Assembly (NCBI GenBank): GCA_002633005.1
Contig: NMRA01000086.1
Location: 929,000 to 992,999, forward strand
DNA length: 64,000 bases
Direction: 5' to 3'
Origin: Phoronis australis
Taxonomy: Eukaryota > Animalia > Phoronida
Notes under the pieces: generated by a model
Databases searched by the model: none
What the model was told of the DNA's origin: nothing
What the model saw: only the letters and a program-made list of their open reading frames with translations
Part shown: positions 28,205 to 40,091 of the stretch, one piece after another
How the letters are laid out: each line of letters opens with the position of its first letter
Position numbering within the stretch: the stretch's first letter is position 1
Translations under genes and position numbers: made by a program

Positions 28205-29608
28205 AATAATACTCATTTCCAAACAAATCCAATGCTACAATTATCACTCAATGGGGAAGTTATTCCCAATAAGTTCACGCACAAACACCTTGGCTTGGTA
28301 CTCGACCATAAGCTTACATTTGCTCCTCATTGTCGCGAACTCGTTCATCAAGTACAAAAAAATAATCAATCCAATTAGAATTGTCTCTCGTCATCTCAAA
28401 TCCATGCATCTTGAAACTCTGTTCAAGTCTTTTGTACTTCCACATCTAGATTACTGTGACATAATCTACCAGTCGGCAAACGCTGGCATACTTCTTCAAT
28501 TAGAAATACTACAATACCAAGCAGCTTTAACAGGAGCATACAAAGGATCCAACACAATCAAGGTTCTAAACAGTCTCAACTGGAGCAAACTAGCAACCCG
28601 TCGTAAACTCCACCTGTCCACGTACATGTATACATTCAAAGTCTTAACCAACATAAACAATTACTCAAACAAAATCCTCCTTGACTCCTACAAAAGACTT
28701 AACACGAGACCAGACACTCGAACAATAACCCAATACTTACAAAAAACATTCTGAAATTCCTCAATTGTACAACAAAATTAATTTTTTTCTATATGGATGT
28801 CAAGAACTCAATCCAAATGAAAATAAGGTTTTATTCGAAATACTATCTAAATTTCTTTATAATATTAAATCTCTTTGTGTTAGTGGATAGAATTGTATAC
28901 ATGTGTATGAAAATGATTTATTTACATTCGTAATCATATGTCATTTTATACCACAATATTAGCGTCAAATGGCAGATAAAACCGTGTAATAACCCATAAA
29001 GTTATCTCACTAGTGAGATAACGATTTGGCGGGAAACCGAGGACGGAGTCGAACCCGGGACCTTGGTAGTGCTGATCGCCGACTTTAACCACTACACCAC
29101 GCAGCGACTGACGTCATCAAGAGTGAAAATAGAATACTTAAATGAGCACGCGCAATAATCGCACGTTCAACAAACCGCATTGTACTGTACTTATACGCTA
29201 CGAAAAATAAGACACATAATTTCCATAAAAATGATATCTTAATTCAGTGAAATTTTTCTCTCATGTCCTCTTACTTGTAAATCATCGATCTCCAGTTTGA
29301 ATGCGGGTATCGTGTCGTCAGGATCTTTGGCTTGAGAATTATATTCAGTTACCAGTGGTAACCTACTTTAGCAGACGATAATTTCCCGGTCGAAGCTTAG
29401 CGTGTAAAAAACGTGTTTTAAGCTATAATAGTTGCTTAACCTTAATTTAGNTTAATATTAACATCAGTTTTTTATTTTATGTATTTTTGTATAATAACTG
29501 TATATAGATTTCTTTGTCTATTTTTTAACCAAGTTATAATGCCTCTTGACGCTTTCTGGGTTATGTATATTATTGTATTGAAGATTTCGTAATAAACATT
29601 AAAAAAAA
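28205..29608 (+). mobile_element. 5'-truncated CR1/L2-clade LINE (RT C-terminus and 3' UTR), interrupted by element D
   Basis: Reads LSLNGEVIPNKFTHKHLGLVLDHKLTFAPH, then a frameshift into LFKSFVLPHLDYCDIIY...AALTGAYKGSNTIKVLNSLNWSKLATRRKLH. The 3' UTR matches 58040-58400 inverted. AATAAA plus A-run at ~29591-29608. Confidence 0.85.
28947..29450 (+). mobile_element. Element D (TATACCACA-terminal, Crypton-like non-autonomous element with an internal antisense tRNA-like cassette), cut by an assembly gap
   Basis: Near-identical to 57232-57517 and homologous to 45803-46504. Contains the 22-bp palindrome GTTATCTCACTAGTGAGATAAC. Ends at the N at 29451. Confidence 0.85.
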
Positions 29609-29983
29609 CAAGACGAGACGTTAACGGTCTCGAAATAGGTATGCCATTCTGTAAGTTGTTAGGTATCTTGGGGACCTGTTGCACACTTGTTCTCTGGAGG
29701 GTCGAAAAATATTCCTACGCACGGAAGCTGCCAGCCGACAACACTGTCGTGCATGCAATAATTTCCATCAATAACATTGCTAAAGCTCAAAGTGAATGGA
29801 CCACCAGGCCGATGGCAACATTATACACTTTACTATTGACAAAATTAAAATGTTCCAGCTCAGATGTGTTTGTTACATTAATTATAGACACATGCAAGCG
29901 TCCGGCGTGTCCATAATGATGGCAGGTCGTCTTGGGACATTTTACATACTAGGCAGGAGAAAAGCAACCTCATTCTATTTTGA

Positions 29984-30159
29984 GGATAAAATTGACGATC
30001 AAGAATTTATAAACCCCATCTTTATAACAAATACTCATTGATTCCCTTAATAATACATCTCAGTAGAAGTTGTGAAACGTCGAGTACTTTTAACAAAGAT
30101 GGAATTTTGTAAAATATCGATCGTCAATTTTATCCTGACGCATGGCCAAAAACGAACAT
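29984..30159 (+). mobile_element. Penelope-like terminal remnant with an inverted arm and 13-bp flanking direct repeat
   Basis: GGATAAAATTGACGATC ... GATCGTCAATTTTATCC inverted arms, internal GAAACGTCG, and a 3' end CATGGCCAAAAAC shared with 42533. CATTCTATTTTGA repeated at 29971 and 30160. Confidence 0.6.
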
Positions 30160-32889
30160 CATTCTATTTTGAAGATGATTTACGAGAAAAGCCAATGAGC
30201 AGAACCGATGAAAAGTTTCTATAAATCACACCACAACTCGATGAAACTTAAATGCTTTTGAACAAAATAAGCAGGAGTGTAAAAGTCTCTATTTGAAATA
30301 TAAAAAAAGAAAAAATACTTGGAGAAAACTGTTTGAATAACTCTCGCTCCTGGTGTGTGAAGATGAATGAAGTGGTAACAGGTCTACAGCCTAATTAGAA
30401 ACGTGTTGGACTAGCCATCATTGCATAAAACAAACAATGAACAACAACAGCAAAGGTAGAAACAGTGGGACATTACATCTGCCGTGAAGAAATAAAATGA
30501 TTTTCACAAAAAAAATAAAAGTCAAATATATCACCATACTTTCAACTGAAAAACAATGATGATGTAGACAAGTTATGTAATGACATGACACATTTAACAG
30601 GCGCCTTACGTATAAATGAGACGCAAATTAACAAACGTCAGAGTACTTTTACATTTCGCAAGAAACAAGAAATATACATTGCTAAAGAGAAAATTATGTT
30701 AGTGTGCTAGATTCAGACTACCGTTCAACATTCGTCGTTAAGTAGAACACGATCATACATTTATACGTTAAGTCTCATTTCTATCGAGCGTCGACATAGT
30801 GATAACGATAATAACCACAAAAGCTGATACATTTGTGCATGTACTTTGACTACATGTATACTTTGATTTTACACATGAACACTAATAATCAAGTGCACAA
30901 TGACCAGTCGTACAATAACGACTTAAAAATATATAACGATACTTTCCAATAATGTCCTAAAGTTTTGTTTTCAAAGCTTGTTTTCATATGTTTATTCATA
31001 TCAGAGTAACATGGCAATCAAATTGTGATTTTCTTAAACTCATTTATTCGTACATTTGAAAACCATCCAGTGTTTTACCTTAAAAATGCATGGAATACGA
31101 AATTTTGTAAAACAAGATCGTGCTGAATCTACTTCTTGAGGATGCTAACGTGAGAGTTATTCACTTTGAATATTGCAATAATTTGTAGAATAATCGTCAG
31201 TATCACTATTTTTGAAACATAGACGAAGAAAGTCGGACTGGCTGGTGCTTGAAATCGCCATTTTGTTAACTTCAAATGTCAAAAGTCACATTTTCTGTAT
31301 GAGGGAAATGTGCTAAGCACCAAATAAGGAGACGTGCTTTGCCTTGTGGGAGAAAAATCGACTAAATGAAGACCAACAAACAGATCGTTTATTTAACTTT
31401 GAAAATATAGGAAAAATTCTTTGTTATCAACAGAAATTTAAAATCTTTACAAACGAGTATTAAAAATACTTAGTGGACACTTGAATTCTGTTTCAGAGGC
31501 AGAGAAACCCTTTGAATAATGCAATTTTTTCTGTTTTTCATGTTCAATGCCACTTCAACCACGGAACTAAAGATCCATAGGTTCCCATCTGTCATTGAAT
31601 TTTTTTAAATTCAGTTTTTGTAAAATACATGTTTTCAACACTGTAATACTCGGAAATTTCAGTATTCAAGTGAGTTAGTAAAAGGTTTAAAATATAAGAT
31701 CCAGAACGTTACCCAAAAAGAACGTGTACAGATATAGTATAAAATGGTACGCTCCCTTCGTGATTGACCAATTGAACCTTTGGCGACTTAGAAGACACGC
31801 GTAATATAGCCAGACAATTACAGTTGATTTATATCCCTGGGTTCTGTTTTACGCAACTGTCTACGATCCTAAATAAAAAGCATTACCACTCGGTAAACAG
31901 CTAGGCGTATTCGGACTCGTTTCAGTTTTGTATTGAACAAAAAATCAACTGAACACCACTCATCCAATAGTTCGGTAAGTACTTAAAACCACCTCCCAGT
32001 TTGTTTGAAATTGGGGATTTTCTGCAGTTGGTCCAACAAACAGCTATAAATGTATTTCCAAGGCTTATACCTACAAAGATATGGAAAAAAAACCCTGGGA
32101 ATATTGGGAAGATCAACCGAAAGTGAGTTATCCTTGAATTCGCTAAATTATGTCCACAGTTGTTTTCCAAAACACATTAATTCGTCGAAACGGGTGGAAA
32201 GAAACCAAACGTTTTTGGAAAGTTTCGTATTTCACAAGCGTTATATACTAAAACCTACACCACATAAACATTATTTAAACGCATGATCTCGTCCGTTATG
32301 GGTGATATCTCAGAACAAAGTAACATACATGGTACTTAAAGATCCAAACTGCGACACTACACATAAGGCAGATTTGTTGCAGCAAGCACATGTCGTCTCG
32401 TTTACATGTATATCTTCAAGGGGTACATGTAGGTATCTATCTTTACAGGCAGTTGACTAACCCGTTTTACTATACACAAAACAACATGACAACTAATGAG
32501 CAATTTATTTGACTTACCCAAGTCGATGGTAGATGGTTCGAGTGATTTATGCTCGTGCAAATGATTTTCCGGTTCGCACGCATGATTTAATGATCAATGT
32601 GAGCGACTCGATGTTTGTACCTATAATTGCTTATTGCTGTTAGTGATTGTGATTCCAAGAAACTTTTTATTGGGCTCATACGTATGTGCGGGTGTATGCG
32701 TGTGCGTGTGCGTGTGCATGCGTACATAGGTTTACTATGGATTTGCTTAGTATGACGTCATTTTGACGCCTTGAATATCGTCAAATAAAATTAAAGTTCC
32801 AATATTAAAACAATCATAATAGCTAGGACACATTCTGCGCAGTGCTTTAAATTACCAAGGACAGTGAAAATCACTGCGCCAGTGGACCT

Positions 32890-33027
32890 GGCGTGTGTTC
32901 AGTAGACGCTAGGACCTACGCTAGGACCTAGCTAAAACCTAGTCAAAGTCATGTGTTCTTATTTACAATGCACGGCAATATCTCACGTAATCTCGCGAAG
33001 TCTTGATTTTTAGCGAGGTCCTAGCGT
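32890..33027 (+). mobile_element. MITE family G, second copy (2 internal units, right end truncated)
   Basis: GGCGTGTGTTCAGTAGACGCTAGGACCT...CTCACGTAATCTCGCGAAGTC...GCGAGGTCCTAGCGTT aligns to the 22040 copy. Confidence 0.85.
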
Positions 33028-33273
33028 TTTTTTTAGGTTTAATATTACAACTTCAAAGACTATTTATTAGAAACTTACTTGAATATTTGTTACGAAAGCT
33101 GCTTGCAATTTACAATTGTTCAGTTTAAAATAAAGCTATTAACAAAAAGTAACTGAGTTTACTTTACATTATGCAAGCGGGTTTTTACAAAGTTGCGTCG
33201 TGTGGTCGAAGGTGTGGGACACGTTGAGATTTTCGGCCAAAAAGTTCGTTTTTACGATTCGTGTGAGAACTCA

Positions 33274-33413
33274 AATCCAACACTCATCTCACTTTTATGA
33301 CATGGGTAAAACCTCTTGGAAATTTCGTCAAAATCCCTCGGCCAGCCTCGGGATTTTGAGGAAATTTCCAAGAGGTTTTACCCATGTCATAAACCTGAGA
33401 CGAGTGTAAGATT
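33274..33413. mobile_element. Near-perfect ~140-bp palindrome, Crypton-like non-autonomous element
   Basis: TTTATGACATGGGTAAAACCTCTTGGAAATTT..CAAAATCCC TCGGCCAGCCTC GGGATTTTG..AAATTTCCAAGAGGTTTTACCCATGTCATAAA. Confidence 0.75.
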
Positions 33414-35189
33414 CTCTATATCTTTCAGAAGTCCGTGATTTCTAAAACACTGAGGTGTTTTTCTTTCACAAAATGTTCTGGATATACCTGACCGAGTTTC
33501 CCTTACAAGGGGGCTGGTAGGGGGGGGGGGGGNTCCAGAGGGCGGGTATGTGTAGAGCAGTATATCTTGAGGTAGGTGTTGGAATTCTGAACATAATCCT
33601 TAGATTGGGGGAGTAGCAGCTGAACTTGAAGAACGAGCATAAGCGCCCCCTTTGATTGTAAAGGGGGGATTCATCAGCTCATTAATAAACCGACGGACCT
33701 GTAAGAACGGTACCCGTTATAGGATGATACAACTGAAATAGTCCTACCCGTTACAATATGTGCAGTACTGTTTATTGATACAAAATAGTCTTTCAAGTCA
33801 ATCATTAAAACAATTAATTCACGATCAGAGTCAATGCAAACATTTTGTTGTTTGGTCAGTAACCAAGATAAGCGCCGAACATGTTTTTAATATTGATGGC
33901 ATTTGCTTAACCGTTGAAGCAGTCTCAACGAACGATCGGAATTTTTCTTCATCATTCAGGATATTTACGCAAAAAGAGTCCATGGCAAATACAACACAGG
34001 GTCTTCTTGCTAACTGCTTATACAAACAACGTTAAACACTCGCACAGTTCTTAGTTCACCTTTATAAGTGTGCTTGTTAAAAAAGCTACTTAAAAGCTAT
34101 CGACTTTCCTGATTGTTTGAAACTTCCCATAGACGTAACATCCATTAGGAAGTACATGTATTTAATGTTACCGTAGAGCACAGAGTGTACATTAAGGCAA
34201 AACGTGTTCGTTATTATTTTAACACCTGCATAACAAGAACAAAGATTTTTTCTTGTGAGACATCGGCAGGTTTAAGCAGGAAAGTGTTCTGTAGACCAAG
34301 TTTCTTGTGAGAAAAGCAAGAACTCGCTAAATCACGCAAGTGGAAGGCAAGTGTTTCGCAAGTAATGTAAGTTTGGGAGCTTGTCAGTTTAGCTTAGCAA
34401 ACTGGTGGCCATTGAAGTGATTAGTTGGCGAGGTTCGAATGACGAATTGTGAAATTGAATTCGCTCAGGTTTCCATTCCATATTATTGCAGACTTTTGGC
34501 CGCAAGGGCACGCTAATGTTTTCTCACCTCTTTTGGCTCCTTCAGTTCTAACTGGACAATGCATTTCTTAAATGTCGTATATATAGATTACATCGTGTGA
34601 TTTTCTACGTTATACTCTGTGAGTATTACTTTTAGAATATCCCCACCTTGAACTTCACATTTGATGTAAAATACATGTTGCTTTTTACTGTGATTGGAGT
34701 GCAATACAGTTCGCGGGGCAACGTAAACTGTTAGTATTCCTATACGGACACCTTTTCATATCTCTGTCCAGGCGAGACAGTCTAGGTTCAATTCGATGCC
34801 ACCCACCCGTTTTCATGCAACTCAGGATGCCATTGCAGTACCTCATCCTATTTCAGACGACCCTTGTTCTCTAAATGGCTACCACCGATCAGATGCTTCC
34901 ATGCTTTAAACCGAAATTATAGCCACTTTGCCGAACTAAACTCCGTCCATCTGAGTGCATGTGGAAGTATCTCGTTCTACCCGTTTGTTGTGCCACGTAC
35001 TCGACAATCGGCTCACAAGAATTACTGCCACTGTGTATCTTTATGAACAACATTCTTGTTGATAATTTCCGTCAATAAACGGTTAGGCTTCGTGAGATTC
35101 ACGAATATCAACGCAGACAATTATCGTTTACGTAAGGCTGAGTTGTACCATTCAGTTCACATACGTGCTTGCTGCCGAGGCTACAGGTA

Positions 35190-35452
35190 AATATATGAGC
35201 CTTTAATGTGGGGGGCTCGAATCTCTAATAAAGTGGACCTTTCGCTAACAAAAAAGCTGGAGGACTAAAAAAAAGAACAAAGTACCACCTTCAGGTCTGT
35301 GAAGTGTGCGTGTGCGCTTTATTAGTGGACTTTTGTCTCGTTTTCTCGGACTTTTTGTTTCTCTGAGGTGGACATTTTTACCCACTTCGCCAAATGGGGG
35401 GACTCCTTCAAGCCCTCAGGAGTCCCCCCCAGCCCCCCTGGGTGCGCGTATG
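35190..35452 (+). mobile_element. MITE family A, diverged copy
   Basis: GGGGGGCTCGAAT...AGTGGACTTTTGTCTCG...CTCTGAGGTGGACATTTT...CTGGGTGCGCGTATG. Left TIR eroded. Confidence 0.75.
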
Positions 35453-35779
35453 TGAACACATTTTGGCGTATGAGATTTCTTGTACCTTGTGATTCAAACA
35501 CTGGTACAGCGTACATGTAGGTTGGGTTATGTAGCATAATTCACCAGTGAATGAAGGACTAGCTACTCTATTTTTTGCTACTTTGGCGATTGTGTCAATT
35601 ACCTGTATAGAAACCTCTTCAATTGTGTTATCAACAGTCACGACTAATTTGCTTTCTCTTCACGCTGCGTATGAAGAATTAGTTTCGATTGTAGATGAAT
35701 TTCTTCTTGAAGTTTTAGACAATGTCAAATTGATTCATTACTGCAGTTCCGATTTGCAGACTATCCTTAGAGGACGGTC

Positions 35780-35995
35780 GCATGCAGTTGTTTTAGCGCG
35801 TGCGCAACTGCGTTCATGTCACGTGACTGGAACAGTGAAATAAAAGTGACTGATTTCAACATTTTCACATCAGCGCACGCATACTTGATTAGGAGCGATG
35901 CCAATGTCCTTACATCTACAGGAAACAAAATATATTTAAGTTTACGTATATCTTGGGCTTCGACTGTTGTCAAAAGGAAGTTAGACGAGGTAAGT
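35780..35995 (+). promoter_or_regulatory. Candidate promoter / non-coding first exon ending in a consensus splice donor
   Basis: GCGCGTGCGC and the palindromic E-box GTCACGTGAC (~35797-35827), followed by GAG|GTAAGT at 35990. No transcript evidence. Confidence 0.25.
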
Positions 35996-36893
35996 TTTGT
36001 AATGCTATAATTACGCTGTGCTTAGCGTGTTTCTTGTTTTGTCTAACGCGCTAGAGCCTAATGTCATAAACATGCGGCATTTAACATTCATTCAAGTTGA
36101 TTCCACTGAACAGTAACCATAGTGAACTCTAAGCATTTGTTTCACCTCAGAACAAAAGACTTACAAGTTTTATCAGTGCTCCCAAGAGAAGATAATGATT
36201 TCCTTACATTGAAGCAATGATATCGTTTTGACCTTTGGTTACATGATCCTATTCATTAGCACTGTATCTGACATGCAGCAATTGTCGACATTTTAAGGAG
36301 CCTATTTTGTTGCAAACGATGTGTTATAAATACATTTATATTTAGTTCACGACCGATGTCAGCTATCATTAGAGATTCCTTTACACTGATGACTGACTAA
36401 AGTCAAGTTTATTGCTGAACGATTGCCAGCATCTACTGTTTGATTGGGCTCAATATCATCCAGAATCTTTAATCAAAAATCAATTAATGTTTGTCGCGAG
36501 GGTAATTCTGCATTCCCACTGTAGTTGTCTGTGAACGTTAAGTTCCCTGTAACAAGTAATCCTGTTTCATAAAACGGTTGAATGAATTGCACACATTTTC
36601 CATTGAATGACTGTGATTATGCTCGATGTCGTTGACAGAGTGCAACGTGGGATTTGGATGGAGATATTCTGTATTTTATGCAACCGTGTTTAAGCGCACA
36701 AGGGTTTGATAGTCAACTGACATGATCACAAACTAAAAGTTATGCTAATCAACTGCTAGGACACGTCATTTATATTATTCCTGGATAGTAGATAAGCATG
36801 CCTCAAACGCAGCAAATTCACGTGAGTTCCCGTACTATTTGAAATAAAAGGAAGCACAGAAAATGTTAATAAAAACCGACGAATTTAAGCCGG

Positions 36894-36935
36894 CTTGACA
36901 TGTTTCGATGTTTATTAAAACACCATCGTCAGAAG
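36894..36935 (-). ncRNA. Minimal type I hammerhead ribozyme of a Penelope-like element
   Basis: Minus strand CUU CUGACGA U GGUGUUU UAAU AAACAUC GAAA CAUG UC AAG: intact core, 7-bp stem II, palindromic ACAUGU stem III, GUC cleavage triplet and 3-bp stem I. Lies 3' of a GIY-YIG remnant on the same strand. Confidence 0.75.
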
Positions 36936-36956
36936 AAAAAAAACAGTGGCCACCTT

Positions 36957-37080
36957 CATTGGCGGCGCACTATAGGGGGCTGGGGGGCTATAGCCCTCAC
37001 TTTTTTCAGTGCCACGCGGTGCACCACAAGGGGGCTAAGGGGGCTTTAGCCCCACTTTTTTCAGTGCTGCGCCGCCCATG
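36957..37080 (-). mobile_element. MITE family E (dimeric ~65-bp unit), 5-bp TSD ACCTT
   Basis: CATTGGCGGCGCAC ... GTGCTGCGCCGCCCATG, flanked by ACCTT on both sides. Inverse of 61961-62105. Confidence 0.85.
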
Positions 37081-37149
37081 ACCTTGCTAGGTCCAACAAC
37101 AAGTAACGATACACAGACACAGCCAGTAACGGGGGAGTAACACTGGACT

Positions 37150-37368
37150 AGATTAATAATGACAACCTGGGGTGTGCCAGTTGCCTATTGAGACTGAGCT
37201 TGTGCCCTCACGAATTTTCAGCTCCTTTGTTGTTGTATAACAATGACTGGAGCTCTGAAGATGAATATTAAAATGTGAACTTCTGTCAGAATTCAGATGT
37301 TCCCTGGTCTGGATTTTCAAATGGCGAACAGTATCGCCCGTATAACTGGAGACACCAGTAGGAAATGA
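37150..37368 (-). mobile_element. Penelope-like element GIY-YIG endonuclease remnant
   Basis: SSYTGDTVRHLKIQTREHLNSDRSSHFNIHLQ resembles the PLE motif YIGET.RHL..RI.EH...DK.SHI..HL. The later ELKIREG resembles LKIKEA. Confidence 0.75.
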
Positions 37369-38581
37369 CACGTGGGCGTGTCACGAGCGCATTGTTTTCA
37401 AAACGACGAGAGACTCATTCAGACATATATTCTGAATGAAGCTTTAAACTAAATCGGTCTCTTCGAGAAATATCCCTGTCGATGGACACTAATGTTTACT
37501 TGAAGGTTTAGCTATTTCCCTTCAGCATTCATTTTCCATACACTAACTGTGCTTAAGCACGGGTAACAGCTAGTTATTTTTAAAATGTTCCACTTTTGCA
37601 CGAGGGGTTATCAAATCCAGGACTTTTTCGAAAAAATGAAATAAAGTAAATAAATAAAACTGCACAAAACGAAGACGAAATGATAACTAGAAAACTGTAA
37701 CATCTTTTCTGAGACTTTATCTTGAGCATTCACTGCGTATATCATACCAGCGAAATTTTGCCATACTGATCTTGTCGTTTTGCTAAGAATGTACCTTTCC
37801 TTTTGTACTGAATTTTCCCAAGAAACAAAGGTCTCGTGACTTAATTAGTGTCAGTTTGGTATAAAGTCAATAATCAAATTCTACAGAACTGTTGCTTTCA
37901 GAAAATCTATAATTTTGCTGAGTTGAATTCTATACCTTTGTACATATTTAGCTAAACATACACGCTTGTCGATAAGGTCCTACATAACTTTTAATAAAAA
38001 TTGCGTTTTATATCAAAAGGCGGATTGATAGGCGCTTCAAATTGTTGTATATAAAGTAGTTATAAATCTTAATTAAGTCAATACTACTCAGAAGTCACGA
38101 TTTGGAAATTCATCATACTCAACAAATGTCATTGAACGGTGAAAGTACATAACCAATTGTTTTTGGGATATAAACCTTGATTCTTGCTTGCTAGTGTAAA
38201 CCAGAGTTATATGTACATGTATGTTCAATCTTCAAACACTGTACCAATATCACGACAAACAACTTCCAGGAATTTCCGAGGAGTAAGCTGCATATCGGTC
38301 ATGATTAGTACAAAGATCATCCCCTAATACACTGATTTTTCAGCCCGAGTTCATAGAAGACATTTTAACACCTGGCCATTCCTCAGTCTGGAGACTCAAT
38401 CTACAGCTGTGGTATTAGTCGGTAATCCACCAAGGAAGAAGAGCATTTCGTTGAACTGACAGTGATTGTAGCACCTTTCACACTAAATTTCACACACCTG
38501 AGAGCATTGATACCATATTGAAGGTTGCCATCATACAAACAAGCTAGGGTTGTTTCACCCGCATAGACGATGCCATTTTTA

Positions 38582-38840
38582 CATGCGGACACCCAAAGAA
38601 GGCTCGGGGGCTCGAACGAGCCCTCCATTTGGCGAAGTGGGCAAAAAGGTCCACCTCAGAGAAACAAAAAGTTCGAGACAACGAGACAAAAGACCACTGG
38701 AATTCGGCGCGAATGCACAATTCATAGGTCTAAACGGAGTACCCCGTTTTTTGTTTTTTAGTCTCCGTTTTTCTTTGCGGTAAAAGGTCTGCATACTGAA
38801 GAATTCGAGCCCCCTCTGTTTTATTCTGGGTGCGCACATG
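38582..38840 (-). mobile_element. MITE family A copy
   Basis: CATGCGGACACCCA ... CTGGGTGCGCACATG. Interior inverse-matches the 12791 copy. Confidence 0.85.
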
Positions 38841-39727
38841 ATTTACTGGGTCCTTGGCTTATTAAAAATATTTCCACTGTCTTGAAACTGGCTGTTAGAT
38901 TTGATTAATGAAACTCACTCATCTTGACCAAACCGTAGACGTTTCTTGTGGTATCACGCTTAGAAGTGAGTACAGGAAAATAATGTAGATTTGTTTGACG
39001 GGTGCAGTGACCAACACAGCAGCAAGAGTTGTGCGTTATTGGATGTGGTGCCAGAGTCTTGTATACGGTTTGGTCAAGAAACTAGCTATTTGAAAGATCA
39101 AATCTGGCAGACATTTCCAAGATCAGGTGTACATGTATGTTTTCATGGGCCAAGAGCCCATAAAGATGTCATTGTCTGTGAGGATGAAACAGACCTTGTG
39201 TTTATATGTACAATGAATTGCAAACCTAAATACTCATGCAAAAGAGATTCTATATGAAAGCTAATACAAACACAACGTCAGTTCAGGGTGGTATACCTCC
39301 TCCTACGTCGGCTCCAGTCAAGCATCGTAGCCATTTTGTGCCGGTCATGACAAACCTGCAAGATATCCTCAGAAATTCACAGTACTGAGTCGTTCGTTGA
39401 GGCTGTAAGTCTGGCTACGATACCATGCGCTGCACCTATATGAAACATAGAATGTCCCGCTATGCTGCTTGCCCCGGGCTAAGTATGTACGTACTATTAC
39501 TCCAAATGAATTGCTTATGAAGCTGACGAGAGTGACTGTTATGGTGCTTTATCTATTTTAAAACTTCACAGGACGTTCCAATTTTATTTTCACAGTACAT
39601 AACGTACCACATTCAAGGTTTGTATTTTAAAATAATGTCTTAACTACGATTTACCCTTCATTAACATTTATTAAATATAGACGCTGATACTGGCCAATAG
39701 TGATCAAATAAACAGAAAAATCAGTAA

Positions 39728-39800
39728 CGTCAACTGGAAATCTAACCTCAGGTCTCCGTATTACCGGTCTAGCGCTCTTACCACTGAGCTACCGAGGACC
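39728..39800 (-). pseudogene. tRNA-derived sequence (tRNA pseudogene or SINE head)
   Basis: Minus strand GGTCCTCGGTAGCTCAGTGGTAAGAGCGCTAGACCGGTAATACGGAGACCTGAGGTTAGATTTCC: good A box and D-arm, but damaged B box and acceptor stem. Confidence 0.6.
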
Positions 39801-39875
39801 CGATATCTGTTCGAATACTGATTGCAGCCAACATTTACTAAATATGATAAATACCCGTGACACTTGTCGAAACAA

Positions 39876-40091
39876 CAGAGGCGGATCTACGGGGGGGGGG
39901 GGCTCAGGGGATTCAAAGCCCCCCTCAGGACAGGATCAAAAATAAAAATTAAAAAATATCGCCCGGAAAACGAAATCAGCTACTAAAAACCAAAAAAATC
40001 AAACACGAAATGGAGGAAACCCCTACCCGACCTTCCCTCCGCTCGGCGCTACGCCTAAACCCCCTTTACTGAAAACGTAGATCTGTCATTG
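39876..40091 (+). mobile_element. MITE family B
   Basis: CAGAGGCGGATCTAC ... GAAAACGTAGATCTGTCATTG. 3' part shared with 500-605. Confidence 0.75.

Noticed and set aside
28008-28754. 248-aa ORF as a host gene
   Set aside because: Chance fusion of AT-rich DNA, an antisense SINE head and a frameshifted CR1-type RT C-terminus.
39728-39800. Functional tRNA gene
   Set aside because: B box and acceptor stem are broken. The same applies to the cassettes in elements C and D, none of which folds into a full cloverleaf by eye.
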